A DNA stretch of 64,000 nt from a bacterium (GTDB taxonomy: Bacteria > Hinthialibacterota > Hinthialibacteria > Hinthialibacterales > Hinthialibacteraceae). The notes beneath the pieces were generated by a model, which had not been told where the DNA came from, did not search any database, and worked only from the letters and a program-made list of their open reading frames with translations. Within the stretch, counting starts at the first letter, position 1, and each line of letters begins with the position of its first letter. A program made the position numbers and the translations under genes. This document shows, piece after piece, positions 62,296 to 64,000 of the stretch. The DNA lies in the NCBI GenBank assembly GCA_963662285.2, contig CAXXMV010000006.1, positions 672,001 through 736,000 of the forward strand, written 5' to 3'.

Positions 62296-64000
62296 CTATT
62301 TTTTCCCTTTCCCTTTATCATGAGGGACGGTTACGGTTACATTGGCGGTTAATGCATTATCTGAATCATCCACGCATTCCACAGTGATGGTGTAAATCCG
62401 GTCGTCTCCTGAACCTGAGCGTTCCGCTCGAAGATTGGCGGTCAAGTCTCCGGTGATTTCCCAATCCGGTTCGGTATTGCTATCACCGGATTCATTGATC
62501 GGTTCGTTACTGGTGATCGAAATAATCCGGCATTCAACATTCGCATCACACGTATCGACCGCACTTAGACTGATTGTTACCGGAGTCATTTTATGGTTGG
62601 GCGGCCACAGCGTATTCTTATCTACAGCAATAGAAATAACTTCAGGTGGAGTCGTATCCCGGATATGAATTAGTGTTGAATCAGTATTGTCCAATTCTCC
62701 ATCGTTGACTGTCAATGTCACTGTATATATCCCCAAATCAATATTCACGGTTGCCGTTACACCCGTAACGATTCCAAATGGACCGCTCCATGTGAAGTCG
62801 AGTGAATCGCCGTCAGGATCACTCGAACCGCTTCCATCCAACATAATCCCATCAGCGCCGTCCATCCGGTTGGCTTCGATGACCTGATTGTCTCCTGCAT
62901 CAGCGACCGGGGGTGAATTAACATCGGAGGAGTATATTCTTAAAGACAGATCATGTGCGAATAAAAGCAATTCATTGGTTCCATCCTGGTTAACATCATA
63001 AAAAGCGGGGATACCCGATCCCCCGTACATGCCTTCAAAACCGGTGAACTCTTCCAGCATGATCGGTTCGTCATCGAATTCTCCCTGGTCTGATACGCCC
63101 ACTACATATAAATATTTTATCAAATCGGGATTGGGTAAAATCGAAGTCATCACCGCAACTTGTTTGGCACTAGAAGCATACAGCGATTGCCCCACCGCTA
63201 GATTGAGCGCATCTTTCCGATCGGAGAGAGCAGCTAATTCAATAGGTGCATCGCTGGTATCCAACGACGTATATTGACCATTGCGATACCCATAGGCTTG
63301 TATAATATATGAGGGGCCGGGATCGGAGCAGTAATAGCCATCAGTCGAATGCCCGGTCACGATTTCTTTTATATCGTCTCCGTCTAGATCTATCAATTCA
63401 AAGGCGATGGGATGGCTTTTGTCGCTCCAGGTTGTGCTATATGTTCCGTCTATGTGTTCCAGTATGGCAATCCGATATTGCGACCAGCAGGATGCGGCAA
63501 GAATAATTTCGTTCTCTAGATCGCCATCAACATCGTCTACTAAAACCGCATTACAGTCTGTCCCGTTATAGCCCACCCAACTCTGAGTGAACGTTTTTTG
63601 AATAGAGTCATATTCATAAATTAATAATTTCCGTTCGCTCCAAGAACAGGCGACTAATAGTTCGTTCTCTCCATCATTATCACAATCGGCTACGGCAAAT
63701 TGATTTTCGGGAAATCGCATAGATCGGTAAAATTGTTCCCATAACAAGTTCCAACCATTTTGATTCTGTTGGAATATTTGTAAGTATCCACCGCCATCAA
63801 GATAGCAACCCGCTCGCGAATCCTGAAAAGCGTAAATGCCAATCTCCTTTACTCCGTCATTTTCCAAATCAAAAACCTTAATTCCGTTAGTAAAGGAACC
63901 TGTTATTTCAAATAATGGCGTAATACTTAGATCGCCATTTGTAGACAGGTTCCAAATCGATACGATTTTATCAGCGCAAAAATTGATCCCCGTGCGATCA
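62296..64000 (-). CDS. FG-GAP/VCBS repeat protein with PKD-like and LWPPNHK C-terminal domains (starts beyond the window)
   Basis: D.D.DG..E repeats; PVADAG...LDGSGSSDPDGD; LWPPNHKM...LRAERSG; frame is open to the window end. Confidence 0.85.
   Translation of the reverse strand, partial: DRTGINFCADKIVSIWNLSTNGDLSITPLFEITGSFTNGIKVFDLENDGVKEIGIYAFQDSRAGCYLDGGGYLQIFQQNQNGWNLLWEQFYRSMRFPENQFAVADCDNDGENELLVACSWSERKLLIYEYDSIQKTFTQSWVGYNGTDCNAVLVDDVDGDLENEIILAASCWSQYRIAILEHIDGTYSTTWSDKSHPIAFELIDLDGDDIKEIVTGHSTDGYYCSDPGPSYIIQAYGYRNGQYTSLDTSDAPIELAALSDRKDALNLAVGQSLYASSAKQVAVMTSILPNPDLIKYLYVVGVSDQGEFDDEPIMLEEFTGFEGMYGGSGIPAFYDVNQDGTNELLLFAHDLSLRIYSSDVNSPPVADAGDNQVIEANRMDGADGIMLDGSGSSDPDGDSLDFTWSGPFGIVTGVTATVNIDLGIYTVTLTVNDGELDNTDSTLIHIRDTTPPEVISIAVDKNTLWPPNHKMTPVTISLSAVDTCDANVECRIISITSNEPINESGDSNTEPDWEITGDLTANLRAERSGSGDDRIYTITVECVDDSDNALTANVTVTVPHDKGKGKK

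Overview
This 64-kb bacterial window holds about 45 genes and no rRNA, tRNA or CRISPR array that I can support. The solitary prepilin paralogues and the C-terminal motif style resemble Sumerlaeota/Hinthialibacter-like candidate phyla (inference only). The genes include four sensor histidine kinases (one paired with a FIST protein), a SWIM-SNF2 helicase, a system II cytochrome c biogenesis ResB/CcsA ORF, a CocE hydrolase, two CgeB-like glycosyltransferases, an ECF sigma/anti-sigma unit, beta-helix proteins, Ni-SOD, Tpx and BlaI/BlaR1. Mobile DNA comprises two divergent IS481 elements, one ISL3 that cleanly interrupts a beta-helix gene (8-bp TSD), an IS66 remnant, small MITE-like elements and three REP-like repeat families. 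The top finding is that both IS481 elements carry, between the transposase stop and the right end, a homologous structured non-coding element. Its ~50-nt core is 39/50 identical between the copies, with four fully compensatory base-pair changes, and it lies in opposite orientation relative to the transposase in the two elements. Both IS481 copies are also inserted at an equivalent position in the same REP-like hairpin family. Many genes between 3 and 30 kb carry single-base frameshifts, most likely consensus errors.
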